The notes beneath the pieces are model-generated. The model was not told where the DNA came from and did no database searches. It saw only the letters and a list, made by a program, of their open reading frames with translations. From Candidatus Marinacidobacterales bacterium (GTDB taxonomy: Bacteria > Acidobacteriota > Vicinamibacteria > Marinacidobacterales > DATDRI01), in contig OZ244742.1 in NCBI GenBank assembly GCA_965219415.1, positions 320,001 to 384,000 on the forward strand: 64,000 nucleotides of DNA. Reading direction: 5' to 3'. The position numbers and the translations under genes are program-made. The first letter of the stretch is position 1, and every line of letters begins with the position of its first letter. Of this stretch, positions 42,217 to 51,606 are shown piece by piece.

Positions 42217-43710
42217 CTAGGATCCGATTACGGAATGTAGCAGGTCCATAACTAGGCGCGGGTACATCCCGAGCACAATGGACACTGCTGCCACGACAAA
42301 CAAGGGTACGCTCATCGTCCATCGCGGGTCCGAAACGTTCTTCTTCTCGAGCGCGGGACTCAGAGGGCCGAAAAAAATCTGGCGGGCCGCGCCAAAAGAG
42401 TAAGCCACTGTTAACAGGATGGCGATGACGCCACCGAGTGCGATGAGGATCCCACCCGGCCCAGTGAGCAATCCGCGCTCGAAGATCCCCGTGAACATGA
42501 TCCATTCCGCGGTAAAGCTGCTGAAGGGCGGGAACCCGGAGAGCATCATGCAACCCATCACCCATAGGATGGCGGTCAACGGCATTTTCCGAGCCAGGCC
42601 GCCCATTTCTCGCATATCTCGGATCCCCGTGGTGTAGACGACGATCCCCGCCGTCGAGAAAAAGAGCATCTTCCCCATGATGTGGCTCAGGAAGAAAAAC
42701 ATCCCCCCCTCGATGCTTACAGTCGTCAGCGCGCCGAGGCCGAGAACTGAGTACGCGATCTGGCTGATCGTCGAGCACGCCGCCAAGCGTTTGATATCCG
42801 TTTGTGCCAACGTGAGGAGGGATCCGTAAACCATGGTGATGAGGGCGAGCACCATGAGTGGGGTGCCGAACTTCTGAAAATCCGCTGCCAGCGGCAAGAC
42901 TCCAACCCGGATGAGGATATAGAGCCCCAAGTTGGCATAGACCGCCAGCAGCCCGGCAATACACGTCGGGTGCTCAGCATGTACCCAAGGCATCCAGACG
43001 TGGAACGGTACGATCGCTAGCTTCATCAGCAAGCCGAGGATGAACAAGGCGATGGTCCAACTCACCAGGTCGTTTCCCGCCATGCGGTGAAGCTCCGAGA
43101 TTTCGAAACTGCCTATCTGCGTATAGACCGCAACCGATGCCGCAAGAAAGAACAAAGCACCGATGATCCCCCACGCCAAGCTGATGAAGGCGACCCGCAC
43201 CCGTTCCCGGTAACCAAAGTAAGACATCAGGAAGAAGAGGGCGATGGTCAGAACCTCCAAGAAAAAATAGAGGCAAACGAGATTCGTGCTCAAGATCGAC
43301 CCTATGAAACCGGCGGGAAAAAAGAGAAACAGATAAAAGAACCGTGCGTAGTGACCGATTTGCGTCTGCTCGCTGGCGGTGTGATAAAGGAGCTCCACTC
43401 TGTGCTCTACGTAGCGGATGGAGTAGAACCCCAAGGCGGTGCAGAGAAGAACAACAATCGCCAGGGTAGGAAAGCTGAGACCATCGGCCAAGAGTCCCAA
43501 GCGAATATCCGGCGCGATGAGCAGATACTCCTCGGAGACTACCCGCCCGGCATAGATCTCGAAGCCTGCGATCGAGACGAGCAGGGTTGTGTAGAGCATG
43601 GCTAACACCGCCACCCAACCGGACAGGCGCCCGAGTCTCTTCTTGGCCACAAAGATGACTACAGCCGCAACAACGGGAGTCAGAAGGATCTGTAGGAGGA
43701 TCGCCGACAT
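42217..43710 (-). CDS. NuoM/MrpD-like antiporter subunit
   Basis: ADGLS, FFLE, KLAIVPFHVWMP, D.KRL.A.STISQ and GFPP.SSF.AE motifs. Confidence 0.85.
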   Translation of the reverse strand: MSAILLQILLTPVVAAVVIFVAKKRLGRLSGWVAVLAMLYTTLLVSIAGFEIYAGRVVSEEYLLIAPDIRLGLLADGLSFPTLAIVVLLCTALGFYSIRYVEHRVELLYHTASEQTQIGHYARFFYLFLFFPAGFIGSILSTNLVCLYFFLEVLTIALFFLMSYFGYRERVRVAFISLAWGIIGALFFLAASVAVYTQIGSFEISELHRMAGNDLVSWTIALFILGLLMKLAIVPFHVWMPWVHAEHPTCIAGLLAVYANLGLYILIRVGVLPLAADFQKFGTPLMVLALITMVYGSLLTLAQTDIKRLAACSTISQIAYSVLGLGALTTVSIEGGMFFFLSHIMGKMLFFSTAGIVVYTTGIRDMREMGGLARKMPLTAILWVMGCMMLSGFPPFSSFTAEWIMFTGIFERGLLTGPGGILIALGGVIAILLTVAYSFGAARQIFFGPLSPALEKKNVSDPRWTMSVPLFVVAAVSIVLGMYPRLVMDLLHSVIGS

Positions 43711-43711
43711 C

Positions 43712-45757
43712 CTAGCTTCCGCCCGTTCCCAAGAACAGGAAGGTCAAGAACAAGACGAATAGCACCAATACATACGAAACGTTGTAAACAAGCTCCTCCG
43801 TTTCCGTCCGCAAGCGATGCAGAAGACGCTGGGTGCTTTGTGTGAACAACGACGGAAGCCTACGATGCACGAGGTGATCGAACGGGTCTTCGAGGTCGTC
43901 GGCCACGAAAGAACCGAGCCGTTTGGTTCCGTCGACGACAATGCGATTGTAGAGTGCATCGATGAACCATCGGTTCCAAAAGAAAGTGTAGAGCGGTCGA
44001 AACGGGGAGCCTTCTTCCAGCAACGCTTGGGGAGAGGCCTTGCGCGCGATGTAGAGGTAGTAGGCAGGCGCCGCACCGATCGCAACAAACAGCAAGGCGA
44101 GAAAGGGTACCCATCCGTGGGATGAGGCCTCTTCGTCTACCGTGCTAATCAGAGCTACCTCACCCGCCGCGCTAGCCTCGAACCCATGGTGCAACACCTT
44201 CTCGAGAGATGGTCCGCCGATGCCGGCGGCGACGATGAACACGGCAAGAATTCCAGTGGCCCATCGCATCGAGGCCTGTCCGTCATTCAAGTGCCCGCCT
44301 TCCTCTTTGACATGGAGGAGGTTCTTGCTTTCTGGACCGTAAAAAACAAGACCGAGAAAACGGACGGTGTAGAACGCAGTGAGCCCCGCGGTAACCAACG
44401 CCAGAACGAATAACGGGAGGTTCGCTTCTAGCGTAACTATCAGCACCGCATCCTTGCTCCAAAATCCAGGAAATGGCGGTAGACCCACCAAAGACATGCC
44501 GGCGATCAACATGAAGATCCAGGTAAGCGGCAGATACTTCCTGACCGCGCCCATGTCCTGCACGTAGATGGAGTGGACGGCGTGAATGACGGTACCCGCA
44601 GCGAGGAACAAGCAGGCCTTGAACAGGGCATGGCTCACCAAATGGAAGATGCCGGCTGTGTAACCGTCAAGCAAAAGTCTCGGCGCCAGACCCGCGACGC
44701 CAAGCGCCAGCATCATGTACCCGATCTGGCTCACCGTGGAATAAGCGAGAATCTTCTTGAGCTCCAGCGACACAATGCCCTGCGTCGCGGCGAGAAAAGC
44801 GGTGAACGCCCCGATCCAGGCAGTCAGGTAGAAAAACCACGAAGCTTCATCGACACCCACCACCCAATAGCCGTAGTAGAAGAATGGGAGAATTCGCGCC
44901 ACGAAGTAGACACCGCTCTTCACCATCGTTGCCGCGTGGATGAGTGCCGACACCGGCCCCGGACCGGCCATCGCCTCTGGAAGCCATTCATGGAACGGAA
45001 ACTGCGCCGACTTGCCCACCGGCCCCGCCAGCAGCAGCACGCTAACGAGCACGAGCATACCGGGCGTCTCCGCCATTTTCGGAATCCAGGTGGAGGAGGT
45101 TTGGTAGAGCTCTAGGAAGTTCAGCGTCCCAGAGTAGAAGAACATGATCAGGATCCCACCCAACATGAGCATGTCTCCCGCGCCGGTCACTACCAATGCC
45201 TTGAGCCCGGCCTGAGACGGTGTTACGAAGGTGGTAGGAGGCGGTCCTCCGATCCAGTATTCGCGTTGATCCTGATAGTAGTAACCGATGAGGCCGTAGC
45301 TACAAACCCCTACCAATTTCCAGCCCACGAAGACGAAAAGGAGGTTGTTGGATAGGACCAGCAGCAGCATGCTGCCGATGAATCCGTTCATCCACATCCA
45401 GAACCGCGTGCGGTTCGCATCGTCTTTCATGTAACCGACGCAGTAGACCATGATGATGAAACTCACCACTGCCACCACGTTGGCAAGGACGATGCTGAGG
45501 GGGTCGAGCAGGACGCCGAAACCGATGCCGATGGGTTCTCCTAGCCAGCCGAGCTTGCTCTCCAGGGGAAGCGTGTCCGGATGCAGCAGTTCCGGAAGTA
45601 GGGAAAGCGCCGTTGCCGCAGAGACGAAGGAAAAGAAGACCGCGCCTAAGTCGCGGACCCTCGGGTGGATCCGTGCGAGCACGGGGGTGACAGCCGCGCC
45701 CGCCAATGGCGAGAAGATGCAGATCCAAGCGGCAAGGATGGCAGTCAAACTTGTCAC
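43712..45757 (-). CDS. NuoL/MrpA-like antiporter subunit
   Basis: GKSAQFPFHEWLPEAM.GP.PVSALIHAATMV, HALFKA and GFWSKD motifs, with a C-terminal amphipathic region. Confidence 0.88.
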   Translation of the reverse strand: MTSLTAILAAWICIFSPLAGAAVTPVLARIHPRVRDLGAVFFSFVSAATALSLLPELLHPDTLPLESKLGWLGEPIGIGFGVLLDPLSIVLANVVAVVSFIIMVYCVGYMKDDANRTRFWMWMNGFIGSMLLLVLSNNLLFVFVGWKLVGVCSYGLIGYYYQDQREYWIGGPPPTTFVTPSQAGLKALVVTGAGDMLMLGGILIMFFYSGTLNFLELYQTSSTWIPKMAETPGMLVLVSVLLLAGPVGKSAQFPFHEWLPEAMAGPGPVSALIHAATMVKSGVYFVARILPFFYYGYWVVGVDEASWFFYLTAWIGAFTAFLAATQGIVSLELKKILAYSTVSQIGYMMLALGVAGLAPRLLLDGYTAGIFHLVSHALFKACLFLAAGTVIHAVHSIYVQDMGAVRKYLPLTWIFMLIAGMSLVGLPPFPGFWSKDAVLIVTLEANLPLFVLALVTAGLTAFYTVRFLGLVFYGPESKNLLHVKEEGGHLNDGQASMRWATGILAVFIVAAGIGGPSLEKVLHHGFEASAAGEVALISTVDEEASSHGWVPFLALLFVAIGAAPAYYLYIARKASPQALLEEGSPFRPLYTFFWNRWFIDALYNRIVVDGTKRLGSFVADDLEDPFDHLVHRRLPSLFTQSTQRLLHRLRTETEELVYNVSYVLVLFVLFLTFLFLGTGGS

Positions 45758-47259
45758 CTACCGAAGCCCTCGGGAACCGCATGGTCCAAGAAGAGCGAGA
45801 CGACCTCACCGTTGAAAACACCTAGCAAAATGATCCCGGCCGCCAGAGCCAGCATCGGGGCCAGCATCATTCCGGGAGCCTCGTTCTTCCGCGGCTCCTC
45901 ATTCTCAGAAACCGAGCCCGACGGCTCGTCCGCAGGGAGGTACATGAACCGGATGACGTTACCCAAATAGGCTAGGGCCAAAACACTACTAAAAAGGATG
46001 AAACCAACGAAGATCCACTCCCCCGCCTCGATCGCACCGGCGATCAGGTAGAGCTTGCTAAAGAATCCACAAGCCGGTGGAATACCGATCATAGAAAATG
46101 CGGCCACGATGAAGATGCCGGCCGTCCAAGGCATTTTCGCGGAGAGATTCCGGAACTCGCTGATTCGCCGTAGTCCGGTCCGATAAACGATGGCACCGGC
46201 CACCAAGAAGAGGCACCCCTTCATGAAAGCGTGGTTGACAAGGTGCAAGAGCCCACCGGTCAGACCAGCGCGGTTGGCTAGACCCACACCGAGAACGATG
46301 TACCCGATCTGCGCCACCGAAGAATAAGCGAGCATTCGCTTGAAGTCGGTCTGAGCGATCGCCATGACCGAGCCCAGGACCATGGCGACGGCGCCCATCC
46401 AGCTCAAGAGCGTCGTGACCGGAATCATCTCGATCGAAAAGCGAGGCTCGAATACAAAGAACATGACGCGAACCAGAACGTATGCGGCTACCTTGGTCGT
46501 GGTCGCTGCAATCAGAGCGCTCACCGCGGAAGGGGCGTCGGTGTATGCGCCGGGGAGCCACGCGTGCATGGGAAACAAAGCCATCTTGATGGAAATACCG
46601 ATGATGAAGAAAGCGAATCCCACCAGCACCACATCGGACTGGTAGAGTCCAGGAAGGATGCCCGACATGTCCGCCATATTGAGCGTGCCAGTCACACTGT
46701 AGAGATAGCCCACGGATAGCAGGTAGAACGCCGCCCCCACCGTGCCGAGAATGACGTATCGGAATGCCGAGACTACCGCCCGCCCACCACCCACTGAGAT
46801 AAGGGCGTAACTGGTCAGGGAAGTGACTTCGAGGAAGACATACAAGTTGAACATGTCCGCGGTCACGACGATGCCCATGAGACCGCCGACCAGCAATAGA
46901 TACACGGCGTAAAAAGGAACTTCCTTGGCTGGCAACTCCTTCAAAACGCTCTTTTTCGAATAGATCCCCACTACGAGCGTGATGAAGCTCAGGAGCAACA
47001 ACATGAGGGCCGCAAGATGGTCGACGTGGTACTCGATTCCCCAAGGAGGAGCCCAGCCCCCCATGAAGTATCGGATCGGACCCTGCGTCACCACTTCTCG
47101 GGCCGCTAGGATCGAAGCCCCGAAAGAAAAGCCCAACGCCGCTAATGCGAGCGGGAATGCCACTTCCTTCTTCCACCACCCCACAACGGGCAGGATGAAG
47201 GCGGTGATGAAGGGGGCACCGATAATGAGGATCGGCAACACCGATTGCTGGGTGCTCAT
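45754..47259 (-). CDS. mrpD: Mrp/Mnh subunit D
   Basis: GGW.PP.GIE, D.FNLYVFLE, KMALFP.H.WLP.AY and GFFSK motifs. Confidence 0.9.
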   Translation of the reverse strand: MSTQQSVLPILIIGAPFITAFILPVVGWWKKEVAFPLALAALGFSFGASILAAREVVTQGPIRYFMGGWAPPWGIEYHVDHLAALMLLLLSFITLVVGIYSKKSVLKELPAKEVPFYAVYLLLVGGLMGIVVTADMFNLYVFLEVTSLTSYALISVGGGRAVVSAFRYVILGTVGAAFYLLSVGYLYSVTGTLNMADMSGILPGLYQSDVVLVGFAFFIIGISIKMALFPMHAWLPGAYTDAPSAVSALIAATTTKVAAYVLVRVMFFVFEPRFSIEMIPVTTLLSWMGAVAMVLGSVMAIAQTDFKRMLAYSSVAQIGYIVLGVGLANRAGLTGGLLHLVNHAFMKGCLFLVAGAIVYRTGLRRISEFRNLSAKMPWTAGIFIVAAFSMIGIPPACGFFSKLYLIAGAIEAGEWIFVGFILFSSVLALAYLGNVIRFMYLPADEPSGSVSENEEPRKNEAPGMMLAPMLALAAGIILLGVFNGEVVSLFLDHAVPEGFGR

Positions 47260-47654
47260 TACGGATTGCCGGAGGAGGCCCTTACTTTGTCGAGCAGCTC
47301 ATCCTCCGCCAGTGTCCCGTAGCGTTTGTAGATTCGCAGCAAGAGAGCCAGGGCGACACCGGTCGTCGCGACTCCCACGACGATGGCGGTCAGCATCAGG
47401 ACGTGGGGCAACGGGTTCACGTAGCGAGCAGCTTCTAGAACTACATGCTCTCCGTGGCCTCCCTCGACGATGGGTATGGTCGCACCTCGCTTCGCACCGA
47501 GGGAAACCACGAACAGAATGATTGACCACTGGAAGATATTCATCCCCACGAGCTTCTTGACTAGATTCGTCTTGCCGGTCATCGCATAGAAGCCGATCAT
47601 CATGAGGATGATATAGGTGACGTTATTGAAGTGTCCGATGACGAAGTCGGCCAT
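47259..47654 (-). CDS. mrpC: Mrp/Mnh subunit C
   Basis: NLVKK...NPLPHVLMLTAIVVG motif. Confidence 0.9.
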   Translation of the reverse strand: MADFVIGHFNNVTYIILMMIGFYAMTGKTNLVKKLVGMNIFQWSIILFVVSLGAKRGATIPIVEGGHGEHVVLEAARYVNPLPHVLMLTAIVVGVATTGVALALLLRIYKRYGTLAEDELLDKVRASSGNP

Positions 47655-47662
47655 CGATTCCT

Positions 47663-48079
47663 CTACTCGAATGTGATCAGGTCGTGAAAGATAGAGACCA
47701 TGACCGCCATGACCGTTATTCCCACGCCGATCTCGATCCCCAAGGAGCCGATGATGCGGGGCTGGACGATAGGAAGGATCCCGTAATCGAGAAAATTCGC
47801 ACCGAGGAACAAGCAGAGGACACCGACCGCAGCGTAGAGGAAGACGCCCAGACTCGTGAGAACAGTCAACGACGCTAGAGAGAACCTTTCTTTCACTTCG
47901 TCGATACCATAGCCGAGCGAAAGCAAGATGAAGCTAGAACCCAGGATCACGCCCCCCTGAAAACCTCCCCCAGGACTGCTGTGCCCGTGCATGATGACGT
48001 AGAGGCCGAACAATTGGACGAAGGGGACGAGGCTCCGACAGACCGTCTTCACGATGACACTCTGTTGTTTCTGAATCAC
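47663..48079 (-). CDS. mrpB: Mrp/Mnh subunit B
   Basis: HGHSSPGGGFQGG motif. Confidence 0.9.
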   Translation of the reverse strand: MIQKQQSVIVKTVCRSLVPFVQLFGLYVIMHGHSSPGGGFQGGVILGSSFILLSLGYGIDEVKERFSLASLTVLTSLGVFLYAAVGVLCLFLGANFLDYGILPIVQPRIIGSLGIEIGVGITVMAVMVSIFHDLITFE

Positions 48080-48081
48080 TC

Positions 48082-48360
48082 TTAGTCCTCGTCTCGGCGC
48101 GTTCGCAGGATCAGAATTACTGCCACTGCAGCAGTGAAGATGACGATGGTCTCCCCCAACGTGTCGAAGCTGCGGTAATCGGCCAAGACCGCGGTGACCA
48201 TGTTCGGAGTGTTGGTCTCGGAGTACCCTTCCTCAATGTATCTTGGAGATACATGCAGACTGGCGGGCGACTTCGGATCGCCCGTATCAGACATGTCTAG
48301 CGAACCGAAGAAGAGCAACAGCCCGGTCAATCCGGTTACAACCAGGTGGGGGTACTTCAA
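48082..48360 (-). CDS. MbhE-like small Mrp subunit (fragment homologous to the MrpA C-terminus)
   Basis: PN.VTAVLADYRSFDTLGE motif. A TTG start overlaps the upstream stop. Confidence 0.82.
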   Translation of the reverse strand: MKYPHLVVTGLTGLLLFFGSLDMSDTGDPKSPASLHVSPRYIEEGYSETNTPNMVTAVLADYRSFDTLGETIVIFTAAVAVILILRTRRDED

Positions 48361-48602
48361 TCTTTGCTCACTCTGTCCGTCTTGAAGACGGTGATGACGA
48401 AGAGGACGGTAGTAATACCGGCACCCACCGAGGCTTCGGTGAAGGCGACGTCTACTGCGCCCATCTCCACCCACAACAAGCACATGAACAAACTAAAGGC
48501 TCCCAGCAGAATGACCGATGCCAGTAGATCCTTCACCATGACCGCCGAGAGGGCGCACACCACAGAGAACAGAAGCAACACGACATCCAGTTGCCAGATC
48601 AC
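48357..48602 (-). CDS. MbhD/DUF4040-like small Mrp subunit
   Basis: A.DVAFTEASVGAG motif. Confidence 0.82.
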   Translation of the reverse strand: MIWQLDVVLLLFSVVCALSAVMVKDLLASVILLGAFSLFMCLLWVEMGAVDVAFTEASVGAGITTVLFVITVFKTDRVSKD

Positions 48603-48920
48603 TTAGCCCTCTTCTCCTACACTTCCGCTTTCCTTGGTCCAAATCGGCATCTTGTTCTGGAGCGCGGCCCTCGCTATGGCATGGGTCGCGGTGGGACTGG
48701 TCACGAAGATGAAAAGCGCGATGAACAATATTTTGACACCGGTGAGGTCGATGCCCTCGTAAAACGCGAGACCGGTGAGCACGAGCAAACTGCCCAGCGT
48801 GTCGCTCTTTCCGGCGGCATGCATCCTCGTGTAGAAATCAGGGAATCGGAGGAGCCCGATCGAGCCCATCAGGAGAAAGAAGACTCCCGAGCACACGAGG
48901 GCCACCGCAAGGGCGGTCAT
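48603..48920 (-). CDS. mrpG: Mrp/Mnh subunit G
   Basis: GLLRFPDFYTRMHA..K.DTLG and SP...HAIARAA motifs. Confidence 0.92.
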   Translation of the reverse strand: MTALAVALVCSGVFFLLMGSIGLLRFPDFYTRMHAAGKSDTLGSLLVLTGLAFYEGIDLTGVKILFIALFIFVTSPTATHAIARAALQNKMPIWTKESGSVGEEG

Positions 48921-49204
48921 GGCACCATCCTACGATCTTCGACACCCTTCCTCTCGAAGAACTTCGAAAGCGCTAAGGCGCCAATGAAATTGATGAGCGC
49001 ATAGACGAAAGCGATGTCGATGAAAAATTCGACCCGGTCGAAGATAAATCCAGTGAGCACGATGATGGCGATCGACTTCGTGCCGATCACGTTGACGCCG
49101 ATGATGCGATCGATGATGACCGGTCCCGCGACCACACGGTAGAGCGAAAGCAAGACGGCAAACAGAATGATCAGAGAGGCGGCAATGAAAAAGGCCGGCA
49201 TCAC
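48917..49204 (-). CDS. mrpF: Mrp/Mnh subunit F
   Basis: R...GP...DR...DIA.VYAL.NF pattern. Confidence 0.9.
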   Translation of the reverse strand: MMPAFFIAASLIILFAVLLSLYRVVAGPVIIDRIIGVNVIGTKSIAIIVLTGFIFDRVEFFIDIAFVYALINFIGALALSKFFERKGVEDRRMVP

Positions 49205-49764
49205 TGCTCTCGACTGGCGTCGGAACCATTCTGAGGGCCCGGTTCGAGAAAGACGTGTGCGACGCGCCGTTCCATTTCACCGGTAAGCAAATCCTTCACC
49301 ACTTTGTCACTCAACGCGTGAATGTAGAACTCGTCATCGCTGACATCCATGGTAATCGTCCCAGGCGTCAGAGTGATGGAGTTACCGAGGGTAACCTTGG
49401 CGAGGTCACTCGTCAGAGTCGTTTTGAACCGGACAATCTGAGGGCGAATCTTACTCGGATAGAAGACGAGGTGCACGACATGAAGGTTCGCCAACAACAC
49501 TTGGTAGACCAGCCAGGGTATATAGTGAAGAAACCGCCACGCTTTCAGTAGCTTGTTTCGTGACTTCAGGTCGGGGAGTAACAGATCGTAGGAGAAGAAC
49601 GCGACGAGTCCGGCACAAATGACACCTAGACTGATATGGAACCGATCGAAGTGTCCGGAGAAGATCAGCCAAAAGCCAAACAGGATAAGAAAGACAATGG
49701 CCCGCCTGATGTTGTCCGTCCGTTCGTGTTCAACTTCCGAGGCCATGCCCCTCCCTTCGTCCAA
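49201..49764 (-). CDS. mrpE: Mrp/Mnh subunit E
   Basis: NSITLTPGT.T.D...HAL motif. Confidence 0.92.
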   Translation of the reverse strand: MDEGRGMASEVEHERTDNIRRAIVFLILFGFWLIFSGHFDRFHISLGVICAGLVAFFSYDLLLPDLKSRNKLLKAWRFLHYIPWLVYQVLLANLHVVHLVFYPSKIRPQIVRFKTTLTSDLAKVTLGNSITLTPGTITMDVSDDEFYIHALSDKVVKDLLTGEMERRVAHVFLEPGPQNGSDASREQ

Positions 49765-49805
49765 CCGGGGTGAATTCTATCACCATATGGACCCATGGAA
49801 AGGCT

Positions 49806-49872
49806 TTTAGACAGGACTACAGGGGCGTCTGGCCACCTTGCTAGGTAGCACCGCGCCATTTTTGAGCCCTGC
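49806..49872 (-). repeat. Repeat copy forming the right inverted repeat of the Mrp-like operon
   Basis: The reverse complement of 49806-49836 reads GTGGCCAGACGCCCCTGTAGTCCTGTCTAAA. Confidence 0.8.
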
Positions 49873-49924
49873 ATGTAGGGCGTTTGATAGCAGCAACTTT
49901 AATCCTCTTAACCTGTTATCCCGT

Positions 49925-51592
49925 CTAGTTTTTCTTTGTCTTTCTTTTCCAGACGATTCCAGCGCCTTCCAACACGGTATAGGACCCCGGGCCGAGCTCG
50001 GTCAAGGTCTCGCGCCTCCCGCTCGGCCATCGGATAGTGAGCCTATCGACCTTCGCGGAGGCTCCCAGACCGATGTAGATTCGTGAATCGCTATGAGATT
50101 GATAGCCACGGCCTCCGCGCACTTCACGGATCGTCTTACGCGCCCCCAACGCCCCGGTTACGAAGGCCCCCACCCCCGCGCGATTGGATTCCCGACCAAC
50201 TAGGGTCAACACTAACGTGCGATCGGTGACCGGAAAACGGTTCCGAATCAGCGCGGGAGCACCATCCATCACGTTGACCACGACGTCCTGGCTCTGATCT
50301 CCATCCAGATCGCCCAGCGCCGAGCCTCGCGAAGCGCGAGGCTCCAAGAGAACCGATCCGAGGCCTGCGCTGGCGTCTTCGAACTTGCCCTGCCCGTCGT
50401 TGAGAAAAACCTGCATCGGCTGACGGAAGCTTGCGTCGACGTCCGAACCCTCTACCTGCGGGTAAACGTGTCCATTCACCACGAAAATATCCAGGTCTCC
50501 ATCTGCATCCAGATCGGCAAGCCTCGTGCTCCATCCGAGATAGTGAAGGCTCGCCAAACCTAGGCCCGCCAAATCCGTGGAGTCGACGAACGTCAAGCCC
50601 TCCTGGTTCAAGTAGAGCGTGTTGTAGTCGTCCGAGAAGTTCGTAACGAACAGGTCCGGACGGCCGTCACCGTTCACGTCCCCGACGTCGATTCCCATCC
50701 CCGCTTGTTCCATTCCGTTCTGAGATAGTGCCGTTCCCGACAGGAGTGATAGATCCCGAAACCGCCCAGCGCCTTGATTTTCGAAGAGAAGGTTGAACGT
50801 AGAGTCGGTCGCAACGTAGAGGTCCTGATCCCCGTCCAAGTCCAGGTCGGAGAAGATGGCACCGAGTTGGTACGTCTCGCGGTTCAGAATCCCCGCTCGC
50901 TCCGACCAGTCCTCGAAAGTCCCATCCCCCTGGTTGTGATAGAGCACTCCGGATTCGAAACCGAAACCCTTGGGTCCACACTGTACCTTGAGCCCCTTCC
51001 ATTCACAGAACCGTCGCGGGATCGCGCGATCGAGGAGCTCACGGTCGAAGTCGAGGTAATTGCTGACGTAGAGATCGAGGAATCCGTCGTTATCGACATC
51101 ACCGAATACGGCTGTCGAGCTCCACCGTGCTTCCTCGACCCCCACCGGGCTCGCGTCGAACGTACCGTCCCCGTTGTTGCGATAGAGGACATTGGATCCG
51201 TAGTTGGTCAAATAGAGATCGGGATCCCCGTCGTTGTCGACGTCGGCTACCGCGACACCTTGGCCGAACCCTCGATCGCCAACTCCCGCCTGTTCAGTCA
51301 CGTCGGTGAACGACCAAGCTCGATCGTTTCGGAATAGCCGATTTGCCTCGCCGGGCTCACCGGACGCGAGCCTTTGGAGCGTCGAGGCATTGACGAGGTA
51401 GATATCGAGATCGGAGTCGCCGTCGTAGTCGAAGAGCGCGACTCCCGAACCCATCGTCTCAACGATGTAGTCTTTCTGCGGTGTTCCAGCCAAATGTCTG
51501 AAGTCGAGTGTGGGGCCGCGCTCAAAACGCTCCTCCGCGGCTGCGGGAACAGTGAGCGCTGCCAGGAACGCGAAGACGAAAGCGTGCGTCAA
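49925..51592 (-). CDS. CRTAC1-family protein (FG-GAP/VCBS repeats + ASPIC/UnbV), exported; start uncertain
   Basis: Repeated D.D.DGD.D motifs, ETMGSG, AGMG, NGHVYP and C-terminal SNR..VGA...GLG....I.WPSG. Confidence 0.9.
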   Translation of the reverse strand: MTHAFVFAFLAALTVPAAAEERFERGPTLDFRHLAGTPQKDYIVETMGSGVALFDYDGDSDLDIYLVNASTLQRLASGEPGEANRLFRNDRAWSFTDVTEQAGVGDRGFGQGVAVADVDNDGDPDLYLTNYGSNVLYRNNGDGTFDASPVGVEEARWSSTAVFGDVDNDGFLDLYVSNYLDFDRELLDRAIPRRFCEWKGLKVQCGPKGFGFESGVLYHNQGDGTFEDWSERAGILNRETYQLGAIFSDLDLDGDQDLYVATDSTFNLLFENQGAGRFRDLSLLSGTALSQNGMEQAGMGIDVGDVNGDGRPDLFVTNFSDDYNTLYLNQEGLTFVDSTDLAGLGLASLHYLGWSTRLADLDADGDLDIFVVNGHVYPQVEGSDVDASFRQPMQVFLNDGQGKFEDASAGLGSVLLEPRASRGSALGDLDGDQSQDVVVNVMDGAPALIRNRFPVTDRTLVLTLVGRESNRAGVGAFVTGALGARKTIREVRGGRGYQSHSDSRIYIGLGASAKVDRLTIRWPSGRRETLTELGPGSYTVLEGAGIVWKRKTKKN

Positions 51593-51606
51593 GGTGATAG
51601 GGGGAG

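Noticed and set aside
46058-47179. Long alternative-frame and antisense ORFs (also 57130-58161, 40827-41654, 55780-56547)
   Set aside because: They fully overlap well-supported genes and have Arg/Gly/Pro-rich shadow composition typical of high-GC DNA.
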